DNA of 63,968 nucleotides, filler included, from 9 parts of 9 records of this genome joined end to end with filler, not necessarily neighbours in it, one strand, 5' to 3'. Numbered from the whole stretch's first letter, positions 49,725-60,806 are shown. The notes: generated by a model from the sequence alone, not told the origin. Numbers and translations: made by a program.

Positions 49725-50822
49725 TCAGTCAATCGAGAGCTTGTGCCTATCGTCCAAAGTGACCGACTTGATCCCGTATTCTATGTCCTCGACGTAAACG
49801 ACCCCGGCCCAGCCCACCACGCTCGACACCGTGTAGTTAGGTCCGTAGCACATGACCCCAAGCTGCATTACGCCGCCCATCTGTTCGGCGACCAGCGCCG
49901 CGGTCACCACAACAGCCTCGTGCACGGATATTGAACCAAGCAGGTTTGAGAGCGCCTGGAGCTGCGGGTTGACCGGACCCGCGTCGAGCAGCCGGCAGAG
50001 CGGCAGGTCGAGTGTGTGGCACAGCCAGCATCCGACGAATAGGCCAACAGATCGCGCCATTCTTTGCCAGAGCAAAGGCTGATCCAGGACGTCGTTGAGA
50101 TTCTGGTGGACAATCAAACATCCCTGCCGCCCCCATCCGGCCGCGGCCCGGCTGGGCGCGCACCATCAGCAGCAGGTGCACCGACGTGAACCAGGGCACT
50201 TGTACCAGCACACACCCAGTGGCTGCCCCCATGTGCACCAGGCTGATTGCTGCCATCTCCCGGAACCTGGCGGCGCCCTTGTACGGGCAGGCCCGGCTCC
50301 AGTACAAGGTGACCTGCCCCCGGTTCGGCAGCCCCCGGCAGGAGGCACCAGCAGGCCGGCCTGGGCCAACCGGTGGGCCATTTCAAATTGCCAGTGGAGA
50401 GTGAGGTGAAGCCCGACTCCGGCCAGGCCGAGCAGCACCACCCATCCGCCTAGGAGCGAGACCCGGCCGGGCAGCCTGTGCACCGCCGCCAAGTTGACCC
50501 CGCCCAGCCCGATGATCACGAACAGCATGCTGCTATAGCTGTTGTGAAACTGGGCCGCTCCGCTCCAAGCCCCATACTCGCGCTCGCACCAACGCTGCTC
50601 GGTGGAGGCCGGGCCCCAGTATCGGCTGGCCGGCGGGTCAGCGGGCGGCCCGAGCCAGAGCGGGTTTGAGAGGGCGACCACCAGCAGGCAGTGCGAGATG
50701 ATGGTAATCACGAACCAGCAGGTGAGCACCGTGTCGGCGCACGGAGTGCAGCCCGCCACCCATCGGTCGGCCTGCTGGACCCACCCGGAGAGCCGGCGCC
50801 CAAACAACGCGGGCCACGCCAT
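49725..50822 (-). CDS. Alkaline-ceramidase-like (CREST superfamily) membrane protein, probably degenerate
   Basis: YWGP.ST..WCE.EY..AQFHNSYSS, GLHLTL.W, CWLCH and NPQLQALSNLL; multiple transmembrane segments. Confidence 0.7.
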
Positions 50823-51004
50823 TCGTACCGCCGACGCTTGCGGCCGCCACCGGACCCTCCCTCTGTTGATGAGTGATGAAAGACGAGTCTGATCAAGCAC
50901 CGCTGCAGTCCTCATCACTGGACAACTTTGCTGGCGACACGGCGACACCGCGACAAGTGTCTTTGTACTCTTATTCGTATAGTGTCTCTAGAGTTCTAAG
51001 ACGA

Positions 51005-52418
51005 TCATCCAGTTGCATTATGGTCTCTAAGGCACTTAGTCGTGCAGTACTTGTGTCCGAATCTCTCAAAGAAATCATTACCGAGCAATCCTCGACCGCA
51101 GTTCTCACACTTGTTGCTCGCCGCCGCCTGCTCGGCCGCCTGCACACTATGTGAGCCCTCCCCATGCAGCACGCCTCGGACCTTGAGCGCCTCCAGCTCA
51201 GCCTCAGCCGCCGCCGCGTCCGCTATTTGCTTGTCCGCCCGCTTCTTCTCTTTCTTCCGTTGTGCTTGCCGCTTCCTCTTCTCTTTCAACTTCTCCTTGC
51301 GCACTTCCTCCGCCAGCCGAGCCTCCTCCGCCTCTGCCTCCACCTCCACAGCCGCCGCTGCCGCCTCCGCCGCCTCCTCCGCCGCCCGCTGCTCGGCTGC
51401 CGCCTGCTCCGCCAGCTTTGCCAGCGCCTTGTCTCTCTCGTTCAGCGCCTCGCTCTGCCTGCTCGCCCGCTCCCACTCCCGATCCTGCTCAGCCCTGCAC
51501 GCGCTCGACTCCCGCTCAGCCAGCTCGGCCGCCGCCGCCTCCGCCCGATCCACCGTCCGTTGCTGCTGCTCGGCCCGCTGGCTGCGCCCCCGGCTCACCA
51601 CCGCGCGCATGGGGTCAGCAAGACCGGAGCTCCCGGTATCGCTCCAGCCTCTGCTCGGCCTCGCGCATCGTGAGCCGCGCCAGCCGCCTGTCCCCGCTCC
51701 GGGCCGCCAGCCTGCCGGTTCACTCGGTCCGTTGAGCGGCCTCCGCGGCCTGCCTGCCCTCCAGCAGAGAGGCGTTCATTTCAGTCACGACCGCTGCCGG
51801 CCAGCTCACAGCCCGCCTGCCCGGTTAGCCACCAAATGAGCCGCCCGCAGGCTGGACCGGCTCACTCCGCGTGCTCGCCCCCCTGCCCCGCGGTAACAGC
51901 CCGGCCTCTGTCTGCAAGCCACCGTCCGAGCGCCGGGAACGCCTCTAGGCCGAGTGGGGGCGCCTCGGCCTCCTCTGCAGCCGCGGCGGCCAGCATCTCG
52001 TCGTCGTCGATGACCGCAGGCCCGTACCGGAGCAGCCCCTGCAGCGCCACAGTGGCCTCCCGCCGCACCCGCTGCTTCCCCCCTGAGCGGCCGGCAGTGG
52101 GCTGCTGCGCACCGTGACCGCCCCGGCAGGCCCCTTGACGGTGAGGCTGTGCTGCAGAGCCCAGGCCGCCTCGACCGGACCAGGCCGCTGGCTGCCTGGC
52201 TGGGCCCCGCGGTCGATCGCCAGGGCCTGCTCGAGCAGGATCGGCTCGCGGGTCAGCGGGTGCTCCAGGCAGCCACTGGCGAGCAAGTAGTGGGACAGCG
52301 CCCGTGGGTCGAACCAGTGCCGCCCGCACTGCACCGGCGGCAGCGGCAGCTCCGCCAGCGGCTCGAGCGTGATAGGGTCCTCCCCCTCCAGCTCCTGCCA
52401 CCAGCGCCCCGCCGACAT
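51005..52418 (-). CDS. U-box-like N-terminus + coiled coil + C-terminal treble-clef zinc finger (one spliced gene or two genes)
   Basis: EDPITLEPL..HWFD..L..Y..HPLTREPI at the 5' end. CENCGRGLLG..FERFGHKYCTTKCLRDH at the 3' end, similar to the Vms1/ANKZF1 treble clef. Confidence 0.6.
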
Positions 52419-52543
52419 GGTCCGGCCACAGTGCTGCGTGCACTCGCACTCCGTGTTGGCCGTCCGTTGTAAACGAGTGGAGCGTGGGTTACGAATAACA
52501 ACACATCAGTAGACAGTATTTACATTACGGCTTGCCGTGTTTA

Positions 52544-53752
52544 TTACTGTTGCAGCTGCTTGACGATCTCCTTGATCACCGACTCATCAGTGATCATCCC
52601 GGAGTGGTCAATCTTGCTGTAGGTCATCACCTCGACCGGCTGCGTCTGGGTCGCGTTCCAGCCGTCGCAGACCTGCAGGCTCGCCAGGTTGACGGTGCCG
52701 TCGCCGTCGCCGTTGGTGACGGTCGGATCGTTGGAAAAGTCCCCATCTTTGTATTCAAGCGACTTGACGGCATCCACGCCGTGCGAGTACATACACAAGA
52801 CTGGGACGCCAGGCCCCTTGGTGACATCCCCCAGCAGCCGGACGGTGCGGCCGTACACAGCCTTGCCCGCCTTCCAGCCAATATCCTCGAAGAAGGCGTC
52901 ATAATCGCTGGCGGTGTAGGACCGGTTGTTGGTCTTGACCAGGACCGTGTGGTTGAAGGCCTCGCTGTAAAGCCCGTTTGGCAGCAGCCAGTGGTTAGTC
53001 TCATAACTCCGCTGCTCGGCCTTGAGGCTGCTCGGGCTCACCGGCAGGCCCTGGTTGTCCCCGGTCGCCATGAGCCGCAGCTCCTTGGCCGCCCCGGCGA
53101 AGGGCGCGCTGATCGGGATCCACCGGCGGATGTGCGCGTCCTTCCACTCCTGCGTCCGCTGCCGGAGGAAGTACAGGCCCTCGAGCCCGCCCATGGAATG
53201 GCTGATCAGGGTCACCTTCTTGCCGCCCGCCGCCGCGACCGTCTCTTCGATGAGCGCCTTGAGCCCCGCGCCGTACTCTGGCAGCGAGTCCGGCGTGTAC
53301 CGGAAGTCGTAGGGGGCGCCGCGGAGGGTGACGTTCTTCTCGTAGCCGGCCGCCACCAGCGCGTTGACCATGTTGTAAAAAGCGGCCGTCGCGTGGCCTG
53401 GGATAGACGGGTCCAGCTCCTCGAGGCCCTCCGTGCTGCCCCAGTACGGGACCCGGGTCGTCACGCCGGGGGCATTCGAGGCCTTGCCCGTCGTCTCGTC
53501 TACCACGAGCCGGATGTTGTCGGCCCAGCAATCGACCGCCCCGGGAAGCAGTTGGGTCGTGGTCAGCCAGAGACGGTACCAGCTGGCCTTCTTGGAGCAG
53601 TAGAAGTGCGGTACGCTCGGTTTGTCCAGCTTGGCCTCAAGCTGGTTGCTCCCATCGCCAGGGATGATCACCACCGGTGTTGATACCGAAGATGAGCAAG
53701 TGGCAGCCGCAAGCAGCACGACGAGTAAGCGAGCGAGGGCGACAGTCTTCAT
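52544..53752 (-). CDS. Group XV lysosomal phospholipase A2 / LCAT-family acyltransferase
   Basis: Signal peptide, PVVIIPGDGSNQLEAKLDKP, DCWADN, GAPYDFR, SHSMGG, GDGDGTV and IDHSGM. Intronless. Confidence 0.93.
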   Translation of the reverse strand: MKTVALARLLVVLLAAATCSSSVSTPVVIIPGDGSNQLEAKLDKPSVPHFYCSKKASWYRLWLTTTQLLPGAVDCWADNIRLVVDETTGKASNAPGVTTRVPYWGSTEGLEELDPSIPGHATAAFYNMVNALVAAGYEKNVTLRGAPYDFRYTPDSLPEYGAGLKALIEETVAAAGGKKVTLISHSMGGLEGLYFLRQRTQEWKDAHIRRWIPISAPFAGAAKELRLMATGDNQGLPVSPSSLKAEQRSYETNHWLLPNGLYSEAFNHTVLVKTNNRSYTASDYDAFFEDIGWKAGKAVYGRTVRLLGDVTKGPGVPVLCMYSHGVDAVKSLEYKDGDFSNDPTVTNGDGDGTVNLASLQVCDGWNATQTQPVEVMTYSKIDHSGMITDESVIKEIVKQLQQ

Positions 53753-53855
53753 CACTCCAGCGACTCCCGCCCGCACCGGAGAGCAGGCCTAGGGTTGGCC
53801 GTCGTTCCGTTATTTTCCGATGGTGGAGCCCGGAAGTAAGCCGGGCATCCTGGCG

Positions 53856-55473
53856 ATGCACGAGCTGGTGCCCGAGCAGGAGGACGAGCCGGAGCTGGAG
53901 CCGCCGCCGGGGGGCTCGCAGCTGCTGGCGGTGCTGCTCTGCCTATTCGCCTCTCTGGGCGGGATTCTGTTCGGCTACGATACGGGGATCAACGGCGGAA
54001 TCCAGGTGTGCGACTCGTTCATCTCGGACCTGTGCGTCGGCCAGTATGGCGACGACCAGGCCTGCTGGGCCAGCAAGGCGGCTGACCAGCCGGCCGGTTG
54101 GAGGCACGCCAAGGGCGGGTTTGTTGCGCTCCTCTCGGTGGGCGCCATGTGCGGCTCGGTGGTCGGCGGGGCGGTCTGTGACCGGCTCGGGCGGCGGTGG
54201 ACGGTGGCGCTGGGCAGTGGAATGTTCGTGCTGGCCACAGTGTACATCGTGCTCCTCTCCTGGATGCCGCCCATCCTAGCTGGCCGGTTCCTGCTCGGTG
54301 TCCCGGTGGGGATCCTCTCGTTCGTGGTCCCCATGTACGCCGCGGAGGTCTCCCCACCGGAGCTCCGCGGCACGCTCGGCTCTCTAATGCAGCTGGCGGT
54401 GCCTGGCCCAGCCGTCGTGCGATAATCCTCCGTGTGGGGCAGATCGTGATCGGGATCCTGCTCGCGACTGTGGTGGCCGTCCCGATCCAGCACGGCCCTA
54501 ACGGCTGGCGGATCGGGCTAGCGGTCTGCGCCGTGCCGGCGGCCGTGCTTCTAGGAGGGATCTGGCTCTTCCCTGAGTCACCCCGCTGGCTCTGCAAGTA
54601 TAAGGGTGTCGAGGCGGCCGCGGCTGCGCTCCGTTGGCTGAGGCAGAGCGAGCACGTGAATGTCGAGGCGCCCCGGGGCCGGGTGGTCGGTCAGCCGCGG
54701 GCAGGTGAACCAGATCGCTGCCGGGATTGAAACTGAAGCCGGCGCTGAGGGCAGTTGGCGAGATTTGCTGGCGGACGGGATCCGGAACAGAGTTGCGGTT
54801 GCTGTCGGGCTGCAAGTGCTCCAGCAAGCCACTGGAGTCAACTCGATTTTCTACTACGGTGCGCAGCTGGAGCTGCGGCAGTGTGAGCGGCCCGGCAGCG
54901 CCGACCATATTCGCGGACATTGGGATCAAGCAGCCGCTGATTGGCGGGCTGGTGTGCGGGGTGGCCAATTTGGCAGGCACTCTGTTGGGATTGTACCTCG
55001 TAGACAGAAAGGGCCGGCGCACACTCCTGCTGTGACTCGCTCCTCAGCCCGGCAGTGGACTGACTGTGGGGCAGTGTGGGCGCCGGTGGCATGTCAGCAG
55101 GCATGCTCACCTCCAGCTTGGTGCTCTTCACAGCGGATGTCGAGGCCAACCCTGCCGCTGGATACCTGGTCATCCTGGCCGTCTGCTTCTTCGTGGTCAA
55201 TTTCGCGCTCAGCTGGGGGCCCATCTGCTGGCTTTATCCTTCCGAGATCTTCCCGATGAGTGTGCGCGCCAAGGCTGTCTCGCTGTCCACCTTAGCCAAT
55301 TGGGTGATGAATGTGCTCGTGGGCGACATGGTGCCGGTGTTGCTGGCTGCGATGGGCCCAAACGGGCTGTTTCTACTGTTTGGGATCGCCGGGATCGGGT
55401 GCGGCTGCTTTGTGTTCTTCCTGGTGCCGGAGACCAGCGGCAAGAGCCTGGAGGAGATCGATCAAATCTGGAA
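53856..55473 (+). CDS. MFS sugar porter (GLUT/STP-like), 3' truncated by the linker
   Basis: GGILFGYDTG, DRLGRR, GRFLLG, PMYAAEVSPPELRG, PESPRWL, QQATGVN..FYY, DRKGRR and PETSGKSLEEI. Introns at 54399-54442, 54668-54704 (GC), 54859-54898 and 55032-55074. Confidence 0.93.
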
Positions 55474-55806
55474 NNNNNNNNNNNNNNNNNNNNNNNNNNN
55501 NNNNNNNNNNNNNNNNNTTAATTAATTAANNNNNNNNNNNNNNNNNNNNNNNNNNNNNNNNNNNNNNNNNNNNCATTATCGCGCATCTGGATGAAGTCTC
55601 AAGGCCTCAAGCTACATGATTGTACAGACAAGTGCCGTTGTGGCGCGGTGGCTGCCTTTCATAATTATAGGCGCCGGCTCTAAAGCCTGACTTGATTCAT
55701 TAGAATTACTTATTTGACATTACACAACACTTTAATCAATTGCGTACAATGTCATGATTGTAGTGGCCGGACACGCTCATGCACCTACAAGATTTGCTAC
55801 TTGTAT

Positions 55807-58755
55807 TTAAAATGCTGGCTCTGAAGTATATGCACACGGCGATCCGACCCAGTTTGTTCCAGGGGGCAACTCTTCACCTTTCATGACAACAGACAAGTGG
55901 TCGATTGCAGCGCCGTCACCAAGCCGAGTGAACGGGAGCATTGTCACTTCACGCCCGACAGAACAGTCGTCCCCAATCACTATCGGCGCCCACTGGAGCA
56001 TCCCCCGGTCATTGGCGTGCGGAATGAACGTCTGGCGGGCCTGTAGCACCGTGGTATTGTCCCCGATGTTAATGCACTCGATCTCGGCGGGCAATGCGGT
56101 GTCGATGAATGTGTTCCGCCCGACTCTCGCGCCCATCAAGCGCATCCAGAATGGCATGAGCGGAGTCCCTTGAAACATCCACATCACCATCTGGTTCAGC
56201 ACCTGCATCAGCGCGCCAAACCATGCCCAGCCCAGAAACTTGAAGCTGAAAAACGGAGTGCGGCCAGCAAAGAAGTTGCAACAGAACCGCTTGAGAAGTG
56301 CAACCAATGCAAGCAGAAGCAAAAGTGTAACAACCAGACCAGCAATCATCATTGCAAGGCCCAATGCAAGCATTGCGAACCCTTCCGCGCCGGACGCTTC
56401 CATGACCGAGATTACCAGGAGCCGCGTGGAAAGGACGACTCCAGCCCACATAACAAGAGTTGTCCAAGTGCTTGCAGCCAGCAGGGTCATCACAATCTTC
56501 GGGTGAGCTTTGTCAGTCACCTCCTCGGCATGCGTCGAGTCCCGGCCGTGCACTACTTCCTGGAACAGGCGAGTCTCGTTCTCGTCCTGCTCGGCGGTTC
56601 TAGTCTCGCCTATCAGAATCGGTGGTGAGCCCATCCAAGTGCTCCCAGGCATGAACGAGCAAGTCTGGAGCACGCTGCTCAACGAACCCACTTGGACATT
56701 GTCGGCGACCACGCTGTTGTGGCAGGCAACCACCCCGTTCCCGAGCACGCAGTTGTCGCCTACTTTGATCGGCTCGAAGCAAACCTCGCCGCCGTGCATT
56801 CGCTGGTTGTTGAAGATGCAGTCGCCGCCCACAAACACTTGGCTCCCGATCTCGAGAAGGTCCATCCCGACGCGCAGCTCCGGCCCGGCCACAAACACTT
56901 GGCTGCCTATCTTCCCGCCGAGCGCTCGCAGAAAGAGCGGCCAGAGAGTGGTGCCGTCCAGGAAGCCCTTGGTGGCCAGCTGCATAGGGATCGAAAGCAG
57001 GAGCGTGTCCACAAGCCACACGCGGAAGTTGCTGCAGTGGATCCGTGAAGGCAGCGCGTCGGCTGGTATGGTGCCCACAGCCACCCACTTGAGTGCGACT
57101 GTGGCGACGATGAGCCAGAGCAGTAGCGGCAGAATCCCCATGGCAAGCATCACACTTACGGCCCCATCAGTGGTCCAGGCCGACTTCAGGGCACAGTAAA
57201 TCACCACCAGGATGAACAGCCCAACGGACAAGATCATGGCCAGCCCGACTAGCCCAAGCCATTGTAGAGCTGCGAAGCAAGCAGTGTCGCTCGCCATCCT
57301 TTCAGGCACGACCATAGACCTGAGAGTGGTGCGTAAAGCACCTTCAGTCGCGCTGGCCGGCGCAGGTGTCAAGTCAGCCACCGGAACTGCGGGAGAACCC
57401 CAGAGCACTTGGTTCGGTCTGATCTCGTCCTTGCACCGTACGCTCGTCAGAGGTAGCAGCGTCACTCCTGCAGGCGCAAAGGCTCCAGGCGACGCCACGC
57501 ACCGAGCGCCCAGGCTGCAGTCGTCGCCAAACCGGACTCTGCCTAGTCTGACCTGGCCGTTCCGGACCTCGTGCCCGAGGATCATGCACTCCTGGTCCAC
57601 CCAGCAATTCTTGCCGAATCGGATCAGATCGTGATCAAACATGGTGACGTTAGAGAACTTGCACCTCGCGCCCAGTGTGGCACCCATCAGACTGTAGAAC
57701 ATGCTCAGCACGCCCGTCTCCCGGAAAAAGCCGGTGACGATCATGACCGGAAATCCGGTGGCCAGCCTGTTGAACAGCCACCACCTCACGAACCAGCACG
57801 AGTGCAGCTTGTGAGGAATCGGCTTCACATGACCAAGCAGCAGCCACTTGAGGACTGTGAGCTCTGTCAGCACGAGCAGGCAGACCATGAGCAGCCCGAA
57901 TGGCAAGATCACGACCAGTACGGTGCACTCAGTTGAGTGACTCCCCCACGAGTCAACACACTCTACAGGCGAGACCAGCGCATTCAGCAGGATCATCAGG
58001 AACGCGATCGGGAATCCAAGCATGAGGGTGTTGCACGCTTCCATGCACACAATCTGAATCATGCACTCGGGCACCCGGTGCAGCGGCTTCTCGTCCCCCC
58101 GGTACTCGGTCTGAGCAGAAGGCAGCAGAGGCGAGAGCTCCTTTACACCGCTATCTTGAGGCGACTCGACTGGCTGTGGCTCGGGTTTCGGCATTGCCAG
58201 GCGACTCCACTGGCTGTGGCTCTTGCCGTTGCTCACCGCCCGGCTCGGGTCGTGGCTCGTCCCATTGCTCACCGCCCCCAAGCTGACAGGCGGGCCCGGC
58301 TCGGGCTTGGCGGACTGCATCCCGGCGGTTGTGCGCCGAGGCTTGTGCAGGACGTCCGGGTCTAGGAAAGCGGCCAGATCCCCGAGCACCAGGTGCTCCT
58401 GGAGAGCCCGGACCGACATCTGGGGGCAGCCCTTCTTCCGGAGCCTGTTCACCACCAGCACCCCAGTGATGGACGAGCCGCCGACTTTGACAAAGTTGTC
58501 CCGGGTGCTCACTGGCTTTTTAAGAATATCGCCCACCACCTCCAGCACCAGCCGCTCCATGGCCGTCAGCTCAGCATCGCCGGAGTGGCCGGTCAACTGC
58601 TCGCTCTCCGAGTCCGTGTCCGACCCGGTGAGGTCGTGGAATCCCTCGAGGTTCGAGGGCGAGCCCAGCACGGGCGCCCCACCCGACGAATGAGTCTGGC
58701 TCTTGCCGCTACACGAGGACGAGTCATCCGAGAGCTCGCCAATATCGCCCAGCAT
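55807..58755 (-). CDS. NRPS-like membrane protein: phosphopantetheine carrier domain + Pls-type terminal domain (3 transmembrane / left-handed beta-helix modules), no adenylation domain
   Basis: Carrier motif DNFVKVGGSSI (Ser at 58471-58473). Three repeats of TM hairpin + (L)xxxGAxxG..D.L.IG..IGD.C..G..WxGSP; ends SVVMKGEELPPGTNWVGSP. 982 aa, intronless. Confidence 0.85.
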   Translation of the reverse strand: MLGDIGELSDDSSSCSGKSQTHSSGGAPVLGSPSNLEGFHDLTGSDTDSESEQLTGHSGDAELTAMERLVLEVVGDILKKPVSTRDNFVKVGGSSITGVLVVNRLRKKGCPQMSVRALQEHLVLGDLAAFLDPDVLHKPRRTTAGMQSAKPEPGPPVSLGAVSNGTSHDPSRAVSNGKSHSQWSRLAMPKPEPQPVESPQDSGVKELSPLLPSAQTEYRGDEKPLHRVPECMIQIVCMEACNTLMLGFPIAFLMILLNALVSPVECVDSWGSHSTECTVLVVILPFGLLMVCLLVLTELTVLKWLLLGHVKPIPHKLHSCWFVRWWLFNRLATGFPVMIVTGFFRETGVLSMFYSLMGATLGARCKFSNVTMFDHDLIRFGKNCWVDQECMILGHEVRNGQVRLGRVRFGDDCSLGARCVASPGAFAPAGVTLLPLTSVRCKDEIRPNQVLWGSPAVPVADLTPAPASATEGALRTTLRSMVVPERMASDTACFAALQWLGLVGLAMILSVGLFILVVIYCALKSAWTTDGAVSVMLAMGILPLLLWLIVATVALKWVAVGTIPADALPSRIHCSNFRVWLVDTLLLSIPMQLATKGFLDGTTLWPLFLRALGGKIGSQVFVAGPELRVGMDLLEIGSQVFVGGDCIFNNQRMHGGEVCFEPIKVGDNCVLGNGVVACHNSVVADNVQVGSLSSVLQTCSFMPGSTWMGSPPILIGETRTAEQDENETRLFQEVVHGRDSTHAEEVTDKAHPKIVMTLLAASTWTTLVMWAGVVLSTRLLVISVMEASGAEGFAMLALGLAMMIAGLVVTLLLLLALVALLKRFCCNFFAGRTPFFSFKFLGWAWFGALMQVLNQMVMWMFQGTPLMPFWMRLMGARVGRNTFIDTALPAEIECINIGDNTTVLQARQTFIPHANDRGMLQWAPIVIGDDCSVGREVTMLPFTRLGDGAAIDHLSVVMKGEELPPGTNWVGSPCAYTSEPAF

Positions 58756-58867
58756 GCCGTCGGGGGAGGGGCGAGCCTACCTCCGGGGGAGATCAGCTGC
58801 CCCCGCTTGGGCTGCGTGCGGCGGGCAAGTGAGTGACACTAGGGTTGCCGTTGGGGCTGCCAGAGCA

Positions 58868-60212
58868 ATGGCAGGGGTAAAGGCAGGGGCCTTCGTGACT
58901 GCCACAGTGCATGACCTGTCCATCTGGCGGGCCCGTTGGGAGGTGGCTCCGGCCGACGACCTGGTCGGGCGGGCAAAGCTGCTCGCCGAGATGCCCGCCG
59001 ACGCCCGGGCCGAGATCCTGGCGGAGGTGCCATGGCAGGTGCTGCGGCTGGTTCCCGAGGAGGCCATGGACCAGCAGCTGGCCGGGGCCAAAGACAAGGC
59101 CAAAGCCAGCGTTGAGCGGGCGGACAGGATCGAGCTCGACAAGCTCAGCGCCCAGCTGGCGGCCCGGCAGGCCCGGCTGGCCGAGTTAGAGACTAAGCCA
59201 GTACGGGCCGATCGGCTGAAGCAGCAATTCCAGAGCATGTGTGACGAGGTGTCCGCGTGCCAGCGCCAGTTCATGCAGCAACGGAAGCACAAGGAGGAGA
59301 TGCTGGAGCTCCTCAACGGGCTCGTGGTCAGCGCCGACTCCTCTGAGGTCCCCCCCCCCTAATCAAGGGCCCAGCGGGGGGCAGGCCGGGCCCAAGTACA
59401 GGCAGATGCTCGAGGAGACGCTCGGGGCGGCTCGGACTGAGGCGGCAGGGCTGGAACAACGGCTGGCCGAGCAGCAGGCGCTTTCTGAGCAGATGACTGA
59501 TGTAACTGCCCGGCTGACTGAGAACCAGGCTCAGCAAGCGGCCGGGGAGGCCCAGATTGCGCAGGGATGGGCCCAGCTGCAGCTGGCCGGCAGCGATTCC
59601 GGCCAGGATGTGCCCAGAGCCCCGACCCCGCGCGGCCGGCGGCGGCTTGTGGGAGAGATTTCGGCTCTTTTGCAGACTAGTGCGGAGAGGGACGACCGGT
59701 TAGTCGAGCGGCAGCAGGCGTGGGCCGAGATGGAGCGGCTGGTGTTCTCGGAGCGGCCGCCCCGGGCCGCCGCGGGGGAGTGGCACTCTAAGGAGGAGCG
59801 GTGCTATGTGCAAGAGGAGCTTGAGGAGCTGATGATGATTGCGGCGGACAAGGCCAAATTGATTGTGGACCGGCACAACGGCATGTATCACGTGCTGGAA
59901 GGGAGCGAGCAGCAGAAGGCCGACCAACGGATACAGCAGCTGCGGGATGAGCTGAGGGTGGCCGAGGTGAGGATGGCGCGCGAGGAGCGCCGGGCGCGCG
60001 AGCTGGAGGACGAGTTGGCCGAGGAGCAGATTGTAAGGCGGGTGATCAGCGGGAAGGAGGGGCTGGATGAGAGCTCTGGACGAGAGGCCGAGCTGAGCAA
60101 GAGCAAGAAGGTGAGGGACAGGCTGATGAGGGAAGCGATGGAGCCACTTAGCCCCACCAAGGCATCCAAGAGGAGGTCAGAGCTGCCGGACATCCCGGAG
60201 GTGTTTATGTGA
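58868..60212 (+). CDS. Coiled-coil hypothetical protein
   Basis: E/Q/R/L heptad-rich ORFs joined by a 37-nt GT-AG intron at 59348-59384. Confidence 0.65.
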
Positions 60213-60806
60213 CGAAGAGGAAGATTCGGCTGATTGAGGACGAGCTATGGCTTGACGATCTGGCTTGGTGATAGGCAAGTCTTGTACGTACATCAATTAA
60301 TTAATCAAGCCTTAGTTTTGGTTCTTTGATTTGCCCGGGATCGTGAACAAGCATGTTAGTGTACGTACATAGCCATGTCACGGTATAATTATTATGTAAA
60401 ACCGTTCCTATCGATACTTGAGTGCTTTATTGTATGTAACATGCTTGGTCGCACTCTTCGTTCCTAACTCGCGCTCTCTCTACACATAGAGGTTCTCACT
60501 CCTCGGCAGCTGGCTCGAGAGATCATTATCAAATAGCAACAAGATTCAAGTCGTCCACAGTCCACTGGCAATCGCCGGCGCGCATTAGGCGTGCGGTAGA
60601 AGGGCAGCACGTCCCGCGCAGTCGCCGTTGCAGCTCTCAATTTGCCGATTCGTCGAATTCACTTTGCTACGCGATGCCGTACTTGTCCTTCTGCTCGTTT
60701 GCNNNNNNNNNNNNNNNNNNNNNNNNNNNNNNNNNNNNNNNNNNNNTTAATTAATTAANNNNNNNNNNNNNNNNNNNNNNNNNNNNNNNNNNNNNNNNNN
60801 NNGCTG

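Noticed and set aside
52544-58755. Biosynthetic cluster of the lipase/acyltransferase, transporter and NRPS-like gene
   Set aside because: The linker at 55474-55573 separates the NRPS-like gene from the other two, so the adjacency is not established.
59348-59384. Frameshift at the long C homopolymer
   Set aside because: The run lies inside a 37-nt GT-AG intron that restores the frame.
12511-60802. Eight identical TTAATTAATTAA sequences flanked by N runs, resembling a repeat family or spaced array
   Set aside because: The fixed 44N-12-44N structure with stops in all frames is an artificial contig linker.
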